Source of the DNA: Psilocybe cubensis
Taxonomy: Eukaryota
NCBI GenBank assembly: GCA_017499595.2
Contig: CM039006.1
Location: 2,728,001 to 2,792,000 of the forward strand
Length of the DNA: 64,000 nucleotides
Direction: 5' to 3'
This document shows, piece after piece, positions 14,001 through 25,123 of the stretch. Numbering within the stretch: position 1 is the stretch's first letter; each line of letters opens with the position of its first letter. Below the pieces are notes generated by a model. The model saw nothing but the letters and a program-made list of their open reading frames with translations, did not search any database and was not told the origin of the DNA. The position numbers and the translations under genes are program-made.

Positions 14001-14365
14001 CTGGCAACCTTGGGTGGCTGGCGCCTGATTCGTTTGCGCCGCATTCCACAAACATAATCTGCAGCTTTCCTTCGCGTACCGTAATTTGCGTAACGGCCTT
14101 GCCCTGCCATTATCACTGTCCTGGCAGCGCTAGTAATTGCTTCCACAACATTGGGTGGGAAGGTGGCGATCTTTTCAAGCATAAGACTGCGAGTCTTGAG
14201 CGAAGCGTGCGTGAGCCTCTCGGGAGAATGTTCAAGGATGATTTCTTTTAGTTTAGAAACAGTAATATCGGACAGTGCTTCCATGGGGTGCGGGTTGAAT
14301 AGACCACGTTTAATGATGTTCTGGTCGACAAATGCTGCTGGACAACTTGCGGATACAATTTGCAT
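8079..14365 (-). CDS. Helitron RepHel transposase (DUF6570-like Zn region + HUH/Y2 Rep + PIF1 helicase), multi-exon
   Basis: 13016-14365: CASC...CSEC, SLGNNMWVGDVP (DUF6570-like). 11050-12909: WMTINPAD, EAQGRGTLHLHTLIW (HUH), YITNYATK (Y2). 8079-9581: GQGGVGKS, LDEASM, GDFHQFPPV, YAFTDYKSQGQT, YVALSR. Whether this is one spliced gene or separate Rep and Hel genes cannot be decided from sequence alone. Confidence 0.93.
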
Positions 14366-14595
14366 TTTGCTTCAATGTGGGTCTTACATTTCTGTCACGC
14401 GTTATTGTCCTGTTTCGCTTGAAATAAATTTGACCTCTTTTCCTCATGTTAAATCAGGAGCACTGGGTATTGGTAACCAACCGGGCTGTAGAAGCTATGA
14501 AGAAGAATTTGAAACAGGCGTCGTTTGTGGGCCAATGCATGCATGTACGTGTTTGCAGTAAAGTCACTACCTGTGTAACTCATTGTCTTTATAGG

Positions 14596-15120
14596 ATGTT
14601 CCCCGTCGTTCCTGCGCGTTCTTGGGCGGTGCCACTACCAAAATTTATATTGTGAATGTCCCCGCCGCTGCAGGTAAAGAAGATATCAAGGATTATGAGG
14701 ATCTAGACGTCACCATGTGGATGCCTCACTGGCCATTTATGTGGGATCATGTTGCTGCGTTTGACGCACAGTTTTGTCAAACCTACGAACGTAGTTTGCC
14801 CGGAACCTCCATCACTTTTCAATATGTTTTATTCCACTATTCCCAGGTTGGCGTTCCATAGTCTTGCCCTTTCAAAATTTCTCATTATGTTTTGTAGTCA
14901 ACAATCCGTGGTATAGCGGATGCCGACAACAATTTTGTAAGAACGCTCCTACGTCAACGGGGCATTACTCGCTTGCTTCCTTGGTATGGGGAAATTCTCA
15001 TTGCCAAATGTACGCTGGAAGGCACTGTCGTGGATTTTACACGACGCGACCTCGCTTTGGTTCCGGAGTTAATTCAACAGTTCGTGTGTCTTTTTTGTCT
15101 ACCTAACTTTTGATTGATGT
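14596..15120 (+). CDS. Helitron cargo: small intron-containing coding segment of unknown function, possibly 5' exons of the downstream F-box-like gene
   Basis: Reading frames ...DLDVTMWMPHW...YVLFHYSQ and, after a GT-AG intron, ...NNFVRTLLRQRGITRLLPWYGEILIAKCTLEGTVVDFTRRDLALVPELIQQ. Confidence 0.45.
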
Positions 15121-15374
15121 AGCCTATGGTAGCCTCGTAGAACGTTTTGAGACTATTTGAATGAGTATCAAGCCCTGTCTGTACTTATTTCAGTAGACCA
15201 AAGGCGCAATTTCCTGATGCCACCCAATTTCTATATATAGTTTGCTATTGACACTTGTGTACTACGTGACCGTTAAAATTTTGTCAATTCTTCCTACCTA
15301 CTCGCAACCTCAACATACATGCAAGGTTTGTTGCAGTGGTTGGACTTTGATTGTCAATAACTTAACGCCCTTTA

Positions 15375-16338
15375 GATTTCTTTAAACTACTTCCCGACGA
15401 AATTCTGGGTCTCGTCATCAATGATTCCTCTTGGTCCGCGTGGATGGCTTTAAACTACACCAACATGCGCCTGAGGAGGCTGGTGCAAGAATCCGTCCGT
15501 CGTCGCATCAAACACTTTGTTGGACTTTTTTTCGCTGACGCCCTGGAAATTTTTTTCCACCTGCTGGGCAGTAACAACGCCTTGATCACGGGGCCGCTCG
15601 TCCGATGCATCATGTCTGTGGACAATCCCATATACACACAGGTGTACCCTATCCAGCTCGACATCATTCTACCAAGGCGTTACGCTTTCGGTTCTTTTGA
15701 TTCCTTTGTCCGTTCCCAAGGATATCATGGAGAAAACACTGGAAACGTGGAAATGTCACTGCGTAAGGGCTTGAAAAGATTTCATACATATCTCTCGGTA
15801 TGTAATGCCTTCTATGCTTAGCAATAATATGCTGAGATTTCTGAATAAGTGGAATGGCGTAATGAAAGTCTGTTTGCTTTTAGCAACTGATGATAAAACG
15901 TTACCTGGCCTCCTCTCTGCGCCGTCGTCGTCGCAAATGTTTGCGTTGTCACACACGCGGCTATACTGCTTCTACCCGCAGTTGTTCGCCAAAAGACAAT
16001 TTTTGTATATTCGGAATGATGTGGACGATATTATCATGCCACCGTACGAGGAGTTCAACTTCGGCCTTTGGAACAGAGATGGCTTGGTTTTGTCGGAACC
16101 TTGCGGCGAAACATGCCCCGTTCTATGGAGGAGGATCACCGCTGGAGGTGGTGTGGCGATTATGCGTTGGGGAGGATTTCATGGGGACAAGGACTATGGC
16201 AAGCACGTCTCACCACCTGATTATTTTGTACAATCTGGTCAACATATAAGGTGGCGTTCCGCTCGGAAAAACCGTTGCGACAATGTCCATTGCCAACACT
16301 TCCGTCGTTTTATTAATTTAGAGTACACATTGTATTAA
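15375..16338 (+). CDS. Helitron cargo paralogue 1: F-box-like + degenerate nucleotidyltransferase-fold-like protein
   Basis: FFKLLPDEILGLVIND...NMRLRRLV (F-box-like); ALITGPLV...IQLDIIL; APSSSQMFALSHTRLYCFYP; Cys-rich C-terminus. Confidence 0.6.
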
Positions 16339-16582
16339 GGGTGCACTTGGCCTTCCTATGTGACGTCATCCTGTTCCCCCTATATGTTGATGTGTGTGAT
16401 CACGTCCAAGGTTGTTTTCCATCCACCTAGAGCAGACATTAGCATTAAATGCCCTACTCATCGCGGGGTACGTCACGCTGAGTTTCGTGAGTTTGTGATG
16501 GTGCCTCTGACAATCGCAAGCAGAAAAATCGAAGTTTGACCACTTATTATCCAAATACAATCTGGGGCCTGTTGACAATGTC

Positions 16583-17245
16583 TTGAGCTTACTGCGACAT
16601 TCACGAGGTGTGGTGTTCGGATCGATGGCATTGGGCGTTATACAAGATCTATTATTCGAGCCGCATGATCTCAACCTCTTGGTGGGGCGCCAGGGCCGTC
16701 GGTCTATCGAACGTTACATTCAGAATCATGGTTATAGGCTGGTTCAAGAACAAACGGGTAATATGGGGTCAACGGTGTCGTGCTTGACAACCTATTCCCA
16801 CAAAGTGACACACAGGCAGATTACCCTGACGGTCTCTCGGGCACATTCCACTCTAGCTCCTCTGATTCAAGCACCTTCTACGCTTCAAATGAACTTCGTT
16901 TCTTGGTATGGAGCAGTCTGCCTGTACCCGGAGCAGACTTTACAAAACAAAGGCTTAGTACACTTCAGCGAAAATGAAGATGGGTTACTCCTGGACCGGT
17001 ATGAGCAACGGGGTTATCGTATCACTTATCAAGGCAATCATTTGGGCCACTTCTGCACGGCTCAGCCACGAAGTATTCAAAGCCCTGCTGTTCATGTCGT
17101 CCCTTTTTTACCACTTGATGAAACACGGACGGCTATAAAGAGCACAGACATAATGTGGAGGCTTAATGGTAAATGTTGTGAAGATTTTGCCAGATGTGCT
17201 GTCTTCGTAGACGTGAGGAATTACGAAGTTGGTAAGCCTTTGTGA
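16583..17245 (+). CDS. Helitron cargo paralogue 2 (nucleotidyltransferase-fold-like); start probably upstream
   Basis: VVFGSMAL...PHDLNLLV; APSTLQMNFVSWYGAVCLYP; DIMWRLNGKCC. Confidence 0.65.
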   Translation: MSLLRHSRGVVFGSMALGVIQDLLFEPHDLNLLVGRQGRRSIERYIQNHGYRLVQEQTGNMGSTVSCLTTYSHKVTHRQITLTVSRAHSTLAPLIQAPSTLQMNFVSWYGAVCLYPEQTLQNKGLVHFSENEDGLLLDRYEQRGYRITYQGNHLGHFCTAQPRSIQSPAVHVVPFLPLDETRTAIKSTDIMWRLNGKCCEDFARCAVFVDVRNYEVGKPL

Positions 17246-17526
17246 GTTAATACCATATTTTTTGATATGTTAACGTCCATAATTTGTAGTCGAAGTGCAC
17301 ACGCCTGCTGACGAGAGTTTGTAATGGCAGTCCCATCCTTCATTTCCTGGCATGCAATCATTACTAGGGGAAAGTATAATCCTAGCAGGCGACACCATGT
17401 TGCCGTCATGTATACGCATTTATAACTATGACCTAATCTGCTAAATTTATCTTGCTACTGTTCCAACCCGTTTAATGAAACCCATTGGCGTCGTCCTTAA
17501 TGTGAAACTGTCTTCTTCATTTTTGT

Positions 17527-18430
17527 TTGGTTTCCCTGCATATACGGAAAACCCCTTCTCTTTGTTCAGTCTTGCCATGTCTACTTTTGTTCAACGTGCG
17601 TACTCCCTTTACCTTTTCTTTAAATGACCTGACTTGCCTTGTAGATAAAGAAACATTCACATCCCTCATTCGCCCATTCCTCCCTCCTAACGAGTTTTTG
17701 GCAATAATGCGGTCCTGCGATGTCGTTGTTGTTGGTTCTGTGGCCCTCGCCATGGTTCGACCCATCGCTTTTACGCCCTCTAACCTAGACCTACAAGTGC
17801 CTTGCGATGGGCGACGTGACCTCCACAAGTTTCTCTTAAAACACCGCTACCCGCCTAAACTCATTTTCCAACGACAACACTGGTTCCACTGTCTCACAGA
17901 TCTGCTCTTACTCACACCCGTCCCATGCCTCATACATCTCCATCATTGTTTCTAGGAACAAATCGTCTTTGACCCCCCTGTTTCAATCCCCTTCGACGTT
18001 GCAGATGAACTTCGTTGCCTGGTACGGGGCGGTTTGTCTGTATCCTGAACTTACGCTACAATGCAAAGGCCTTGTACAATTTGATGAAGACGAGGATGGT
18101 TTATTTCTCCACAAATATCTCGAACGGGGCTACACTTTTCTTCCACAACAAAATGCTGTTGGTCACTTCTGTGCTTCACAACCGCGTAGCCTGCGCTCAC
18201 CGGTCACCATGATTGTTGGCTTCTACAACCCCGACCAGACTCGACTGGCCATGCGTAACCTGGATGTCATATGGCGGCTGCGGGGAAAGTGTTGCGACAG
18301 TCAGCTCAGGTCAGGTTTATTCATCGACGCCTATTCTCATGACGTTGGTGCGTTGACTTACATTGTGTATCTTCCTTTCGCTCATTTCTTCCAAGTGGAA
18401 ATTCATTCATCCTCTGATATCGGTCCCTAA
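17527..18430 (+). pseudogene. Helitron cargo paralogue 3, frameshifted
   Basis: VVVGSVAL...PSNLDLQV; SPSTLQMNFVAWYGAVCLYP; DVIWRLRGKCC. An apparent +1 C at 17850-17852 shifts the frame relative to paralogue 2. Confidence 0.6.
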
Positions 18431-18556
18431 TTTACTACATGTCACCCCATTGCTTTTGTATTACTAATGCTAAAGTTTTGTTCAAACCTCGAACCTGACC
18501 ATCTCCGCCTTCATATGGCACCATGTATCTTTAATGGGTGACATCATCTTGACGTC

Positions 18557-19616
18557 ATGTATAGAGATAGAGATAAGATAGTCTATGAGAGTGATCTAAT
18601 CAGTTTTAATTTATCTTGGAGCTTTTACATCCACCTTAACTCATTACTGTTTCAACCACGAGTCAACGATCTGGCCATGTATCTCAATTACCTTTGCTCT
18701 AGTCAACTGCGCCGATGCAGAGTGTACCACGGTAACTACGGTGAGCTAAACATACTACTTTGCATTCCCTGTCATGGACCACTAACGGTGGTATTGAACA
18801 TACTGGCCGCAGAAAGTATCGAGGAGCAACGGTTCCATTTGGAAAAGTGCCACGACTATCTGGCCAGCGATAGCTTTCTCCGCACGTCAACCTGGTATAT
18901 GTTAAACAACGGATATTCTCGCCTACATAGCCTGCCTGCTTCGCATCAAAAGCGATGTGTGGTGGTAGGTGTGATCAGCGACGATGGTGCATGGTTGGGC
19001 CCTTTAGGTAATTTGGACAAAAACTCTGGAAATAACTTGAGCGACGCCAAACATATCTTTAACCTGGTCTGCCCTCGAGGAACAAAAGGCTACGACGTCG
19101 ATTTTTCCAAAGCAATGGGGAATCTACGCTTCCTTCTAGAAGCATTGCCTGCACACTCAGTAACAGATCCGATGCTCTCTTCCGCTCACGGCGAACCGTG
19201 CATAACATTTACGGCGCCGTTGTTCAAGTTATCCGTACGTTGCAATGTGAATCTCTGACGTGTGGTATACACTGCTCAAACCTTCCATGTACCTTAGACA
19301 CTTGGAGGCGAAGGTCCGAAATCCTGTCTACGCATGTGGTTGTTGTATACTGAATGATCACTTAGTCCACAGGGATCGTGATATTGATGTTGACTATCCA
19401 ATACCCGTGGAATATCAACGTGACCTCCGCCTGTTGAGAGAGGATCATATGATGGGGTATATGACAGTTTGCAAAGGGGACAGAAATGATTCATTACCGG
19501 TGGAAAACTTTTCAAAGGAGTTGATTGGACACTTGGTTCGTGTCGAATTTATTTTATTTCACGACTCCAATTACCAGTTGCATACACTGGTGTTAGAAAT
19601 TAGAATAGTCGACTAA
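18557..19616 (+). CDS. Helitron cargo family B, copy 1 (unknown; beta-rich, possibly OB-fold)
   Basis: VVVGVISDDGAWLGPLGN...AKHIF...DFSKAMGNL...FTAPLF...LIGHLVRVEFILFH, colinear with the gene at 20481. Confidence 0.5.
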
Positions 19617-20480
19617 ATTCACAGGCCAACGCTCGGTTCATGTACTGTCATTGAATTTACGCAGTTTATTTTACCCTTTCTGGCGGTGAGGGAACTTCTG
19701 CTGACGTGAAAATCGGACATTGGTCCGATGGCTGTGTTTGTGTGTGTTGATCGCGGATGGTCTGCCGTTGTATGACAGCCCCAAAGGGGTTTGGTTCTCT
19801 TACTTCTCTAACCTCAACTGCTTCACCTCAGTTTGTCCAATTGGCACAAACACCTGTCTCATAATCGCAGTGGATGGCGTTGCAAGTAAGCACATAGTAT
19901 GTGTGGCTCATTGTATCGGTTTCACTTGTACCCGCCAGGGACCCTGCCATGAAGGGAGCCCGACAGCGATCACAACCGACACAATTTTTTTTTCGGGGGG
20001 GGGAACATTTTTCTATGAATTTCATGCGGTACCAAAGTGAGTTTTTGGGCCATGTTTGAAGAGGGGTTTTACTTAACCATGTGGACACGCGACTAGGTTC
20101 CGACCTGGTCAACTTGTCCCGTCGTTTTTGTTGACCAAAGGAGCGGGCCCACGTTCTCAAAATCGGATTGGAAGTCCCCAGAATGCAGCCATCTTGCCTC
20201 AAATTTGTTGCGACCACCCTCCCTTCTTTCATTGGCCAAACCTTTAACCTTGGCGTAAAATTTGGCGGGTGCGTATCTGTTTGACTACGTCACCAAGGAT
20301 CACTCGTAGACATAAAAGCGGCAGGTTTGGCGTTAAGACATAATTAGCTTGGTTTTCAACGACCACCATCCCTCAGTTTCCGCTTCACAAGTGCTGCTGT
20401 CTGTCGCCATGAACACTTCTTCGTATGTATCTGACTTGTTCCTGTTATAAATCTTTTACTGACTTAGCCCTAGCGCCACC

Positions 20481-22340
20481 ATGCCTTTCAACGAGGCCTA
20501 TGTTCGTCAACAACTTCTGACCTTGCCGCAATTCACTGCATCTCCTGGATTTAAGGAATACGTGCAGTGGCGTGGTGCCGGGCAGGAGGTGTTAGCCCTG
20601 CCAGGCAGGCCCACAGACGCCATAGAACCTGTCCAGTTGATTGTGGTTGGTCAAGTCACCACACGCGCGTACCTCGAGCCCCAAGGGAACTTCAATCCAA
20701 TGTGGCAAGATCCTTTGCGAAATGCCATTGGGGCGAAGCTGGTGTTCGATGTTGGGAAGCCTCTCCAGGTTCTCACATTGGGCGGAGACTATGATACGAG
20801 TTTTGATAACCTGTCCGAGTGTCAAACGTCGATTGCGAAGACGAACAAGCACAACCATTTCCTGAACAAGGAAACGCGCACTATGCGGTTCAGTTTTCCG
20901 CTTTGGGAACCAAGGGTGTGTAATGCCATTTGGATCTATTCCTTTTCCCCTTATCTGACCATCGCCGTTTTCTCTCAGAGTGTTGAAAATACGAGTAAGC
21001 CTCTTTTCTTCTTGGCGAGATTACACAGTTCTAATGCTATATGTACAGCTCCCGCGCGCGACAGTGCCACATACGGATATACAGTCAACCCCGCTTGCAC
21101 CCCTTGGTTCAACAGTGCAAAAAATTCTCACCATATCCGACTGATGCCTGTGTACGACGTGGAGGAAACACTAATTACGCGCCCAGACTTGTTCGCCTTG
21201 TTGCTGATAGGTTCCGTGGTGGAAGTGACTTTCACTCTCCGCCACTACCACATGGCCGTCACATCCACTCGCACAGATGCATCCGATACTTTCTCGGCGA
21301 GAGTTGAAAGTGTGAGTGTCTTATGTCCACCCCCACCTGTTCTGCAGAGCCCTATTCGCATGATCTCGCCCCGTAAACCGCCCCGTCAGGCTCAGACTCC
21401 TACTCGCCATGACTTTAGTCAGGTCAAGCAACCGTCTTTCACCGCCAACCCTATGACGGTTCATCTGGCTTTGCCAATGAGTAGTGCTGTAGGACCACAA
21501 GCAGCATACCAAACCAGTATGCCAAACTTCACCTATATATCTTCTTTCATAGCACTAATGTTTCTCTAGGTACCTCATCCGCTACATCTTTCACAGTAGA
21601 TACGGCCCTCAGTGCCACTGGGGCACCAGGACACGCCTCTTTTCCGGCGTCCCATGATATCGCTGGTGGTCCAACGACACCGGTAATGGGGGTGTCCCCG
21701 CCTCCGACGCTTATGCGACCCGCAGCAGCAGCGTCTGCTTCTGCGCAGGCGCCGCCACTTATTGCTTCGACGTCGATCCCTTCCGCACCTGTGCCTGTGG
21801 CTCCCCCTGTGGCACCCGTGTCTGTCCCGCCGACGCCTGCGCCTGTGTCTGTCCCACCGCCGCCTGCTCCCGTGTCTGTCCCACCGATGCCTACGCCTGT
21901 GTCTGTTCCACCGGCCCCGGAACCTGTGTATATCCCTCCTCCGGCTGGGTCTGTCCCGCCTGCCTCTACGCCTGTGTCCGTCCCTCCTGCGCCTGCGCCA
22001 GTGCGTGACACTCCGGCACCTGCGCCTGGGACTGTCCTTCCTCCGCCCGCGCAAGCGTCTGTCGCACCTAACGTCACGGTCACAAGCGGAGGTGTGGCCT
22101 CGGGGCTCGTAGGATCTTCGTCCGATGGTGGTTCGCAACAGAGTGACCCTGCGACATCTTCAGCTCCTGTGGCACCGGTACCTGTGGTGTCTCAACCGGA
22201 AACCAGACGGTCAAGCTTACGTCGTTCAAGTAAGTACCTCGCTGTCTTAACGTGGAATACTGTTTAATTGGTTTGCCCAGGAGAAGTTACGGACCAAGGA
22301 GATGGGGAAGGAAGTCCTACCAAGAAAACCAAGTAAAATA
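20481..22340 (+). CDS. Helitron cargo family B, copy 2, with long Pro-rich C-terminal tail
   Basis: IVVGQVTTRAYLEPQGN...AKLVF...FSFPLW...MPVYD...LIGSVVEVTFTLRHY...FSARVESVSVL, then PVSVPP repeats; 3' end approximate. Confidence 0.6.
21787..22030 (+). repeat. Coding minisatellite, ~27-30 bp units encoding PVSVPPxPA
   Basis: Repeated CC(T/C)GTGTCTGTCCC units in the Pro-rich ORF 21686-22267. Confidence 0.8.
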
Positions 22341-22641
22341 TTATCGGTATTGGGAAAGTAATTTGCCATGCCCTCCCAAATCATTGCACTTGCGTAGTAT
22401 AGCTATTCCGTGTTTTAATTGTATTTGTTCCAAATATTTACTCCTGATTAAAGTTGACTCAATGGACTTCGATATAAAAGCAATGAGTGAGCCTGGAAAG
22501 GTGACCACTGCCCCCGAGCACAAGGAATTGTTTCATCTGTTGAAAATGGATTTTTTTGCGCATGTATTCTCTTTCTGCTGTTTTTGCTTTGGTGGCTGAC
22601 TGGTTTGCAGGAGTTTTTCCACCGAGTACGATGACTCTCTC

Positions 22642-23770
22642 ATGGACCACTTGGATCAAAGGTCCCTGTACCGGCTGTCATGGACTTGCTTAGAACTACA
22701 TGAAAGGGTCAACAGATATATGGGCAGGGCGCTGTCTGTTGAAAAATTATTGTGTCGTTTCTTTATGCCCTGTGAATATGACGATTTTCGTCGTCTTCAA
22801 TACGACACAGGCCTTGTCATATCGGGTTCGGCGGCCCTCCATTTTTTGTCACGGGATAAACATTGGGTTCCGGACGACCTGGATACATATGTTGAACACC
22901 GCTATGCATGGCAAGTAGTCCACTGGCTCCAAACCCGTGGATTCGAATATCGCATAATGGATGTATTGCCTGAGTTGACCTCTCCAGAGGTGGCTCTGGA
23001 TAATCAATATGTCCATTTTCCTCATGGCGGTTACGATACCCTAGGGTCCATTTTGTTATTCGTGCGTGGTTCGTCAAAAGTGCAGTTGATTACGGCACTA
23101 GGTAGTGTAATGGAATGCATTGTGCCTTTCCACAGCAGTGAGTATTGACCCGTGGCTTCTACCGACTGATCTCATTGATATAATACACTTACATGCAGCC
23201 GCGGTCATGAACGTCATTACATATGAAAAGGCGTACTGTCTCTATCCACTGGCCACTTTGGCTAGGAGACTCTCGTTGTTGAAGTCAAACATGATGGCTC
23301 GTCGAACCCAGAATGCAGTCATAAAATATCACCACAGGGGTTATGGTATTGCTTTTTCAATTCCGGATCCAGCAACGTGGATGATGCTCAGTCCAACAAT
23401 GCAAGACAAATTGATCGAGAAAATTGACGACCTTATCATTAGTTATCCACGGGAAGAAGGAGGCGAGGAAACAATTCCGGTGCGATATATAACGAGAGGG
23501 ACTCGTATGTTCCCAATGGGGGGCCGTCGGGTTGGCGATGCATTATGTTGGACTTACACACTCGAAAAAACAAATTTCCCCACAGGCCCATCTGTGTTTG
23601 AAGCGAATACGTGGTATTTCTGGTATGACAGGTACAGGCGTGTTATGTTGGAGTTTACAACACTGCGAGGGGAAGGCCTCAAATTTTGCTACACAACCCA
23701 ATCGGAGGTTCTTTGGAGAATCATCAACGAAAGGTGCGAGGGTACTGTGTGGAGAAGGAACGGACCGTAA
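22642..23770 (+). CDS. Helitron cargo paralogue 4: F-box-like + nucleotidyltransferase-fold-like protein with intact GS...DxD motif
   Basis: MDHLDQRSLYRLSWTCLELHERV (F-box-like C-terminal half); LVISGSAALHFL...VPDDLDTYV; KVQLI; FHS|(intron)AVMNVITYEKAYCLYP. Extra short exons are likely at both ends. Confidence 0.7.
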
Positions 23771-24006
23771 GCATAGTGCTCTGTTTTAATTGTAATGAAG
23801 TTAGCTGACGCTTAGATACCAGTAAGCGAGACGCCAATGTGCTTAAGGTTGTTAAAAAGTTCAGCGTTCGCCCACAAAGATTATGGGCACATTAGGTTGC
23901 AATATTAATTATATCAGTGTAAAGTACATGTTCAATACAAGCTGGTGAACACGTTATATTTCAAAAATACCGTAATCCTCAAGTACATCTGGATGTTTGC
24001 AAAGTT

Positions 24007-24810
24007 TTAGATCGTTATTGCTCGACGGAAAGTCTTAGAGAACCCACGAATTTGGTCACTTTGTAAGTCAATCACAGCGCCATTCGGGGACCCAGACTGG
24101 CCCGCGAGACGCCAAACAATATCATACTGTTGCATAGGGGACGCGCCAACATATGAGTTGTCCAAAGGAATGAATAATATGGTGTCCAATGACATTCCTC
24201 GGGGGTGCTCCAGGAAGGAGCGAACAGTATTATCGCATGAGGGTTGCAGAATGAAATTGTGACGGTGAAGGAGTTCCCCAATGACTTCATTGTCCGATCT
24301 CCTATAAAGAATGACGCCTTGGTTTCTCGGCAAATACTCCGGATACAAGCATACCGCGCCCTGGGGTGTTATGAAGTTCATGCCAAACGTCGTGCTGAAA
24401 TTGAACACAGGCAAAAATGGGACATGATTTCTGGATATTGTAACCGTAATCTGGCGTCCGGATTCAAAGTTACAGTAGTAGCTGTGTTCGGTCCAAACTG
24501 ATTGCTCGTTGTCTGAGTGGAAGGTTTGCAAATATTCATATCCGTGTCGCACACAAAAGACGTGCACACGAGAACGACCAGTCTGACTAACAGACAGAGA
24601 GAGGTTATGAGGAGTAATATCTTCACCCGTGAAAAATGCGAGCGCGGATGCCCCTGTAATAACAGAGCTGGACCACTTCAAGAAATATAGGAAGTCGTCC
24701 ACACTACCTACGCCGAAGGGTCGTATGATGTCGTGAACTTTTTGCCTTGCTGTGAATAAAAACGTGCTTGAGAAAACCGCGTCATTGAAAAGTACATATG
24801 GAAAATGCAT
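24007..24810 (-). CDS. Helitron cargo paralogue 5 (degenerate nucleotidyltransferase-fold-like), inverted
   Basis: FLKWSSSVITGASALAFF...PHNLSLSV; STTFGMNFITPQGAVCLYP; DIVWRLAG. Confidence 0.65.
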   Translation of the reverse strand: MHFPYVLFNDAVFSSTFLFTARQKVHDIIRPFGVGSVDDFLYFLKWSSSVITGASALAFFTGEDITPHNLSLSVSQTGRSRVHVFCVRHGYEYLQTFHSDNEQSVWTEHSYYCNFESGRQITVTISRNHVPFLPVFNFSTTFGMNFITPQGAVCLYPEYLPRNQGVILYRRSDNEVIGELLHRHNFILQPSCDNTVRSFLEHPRGMSLDTILFIPLDNSYVGASPMQQYDIVWRLAGQSGSPNGAVIDLQSDQIRGFSKTFRRAITI

Positions 24811-25123
24811 GTACCTGTGCGAGCGGACTGTGTCGCCATCATAGAAGAGAGGATGTGGGGTGCTCGAGTAGTTTCACTGCAGAGACATATCAATTATATA
24901 AGTGGTAATCTGGTCAAGACTGACGTAATCAGATACCTATAATCTAATCAGATGTTCAATCTATTCCAATTGGTTTTTGTGTCTCGGACTGGCGAGGCGT
25001 CATGACGGTGATGTTGAGGAAGGTCCTTGTCTCCGAGTCTTAACGTTGACTACCTATGGCTGACTTCCCATCGTCATATGAAGGTAAGTTTGGGTTTTAT
25101 TGTAATAGGCGTCTTATAACACT

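Noticed and set aside
21547-22138. Gly/Thr-rich and Arg-rich minus-strand ORFs
   Set aside because: Antisense shadows of the GC-rich Pro-repeat coding sequence.
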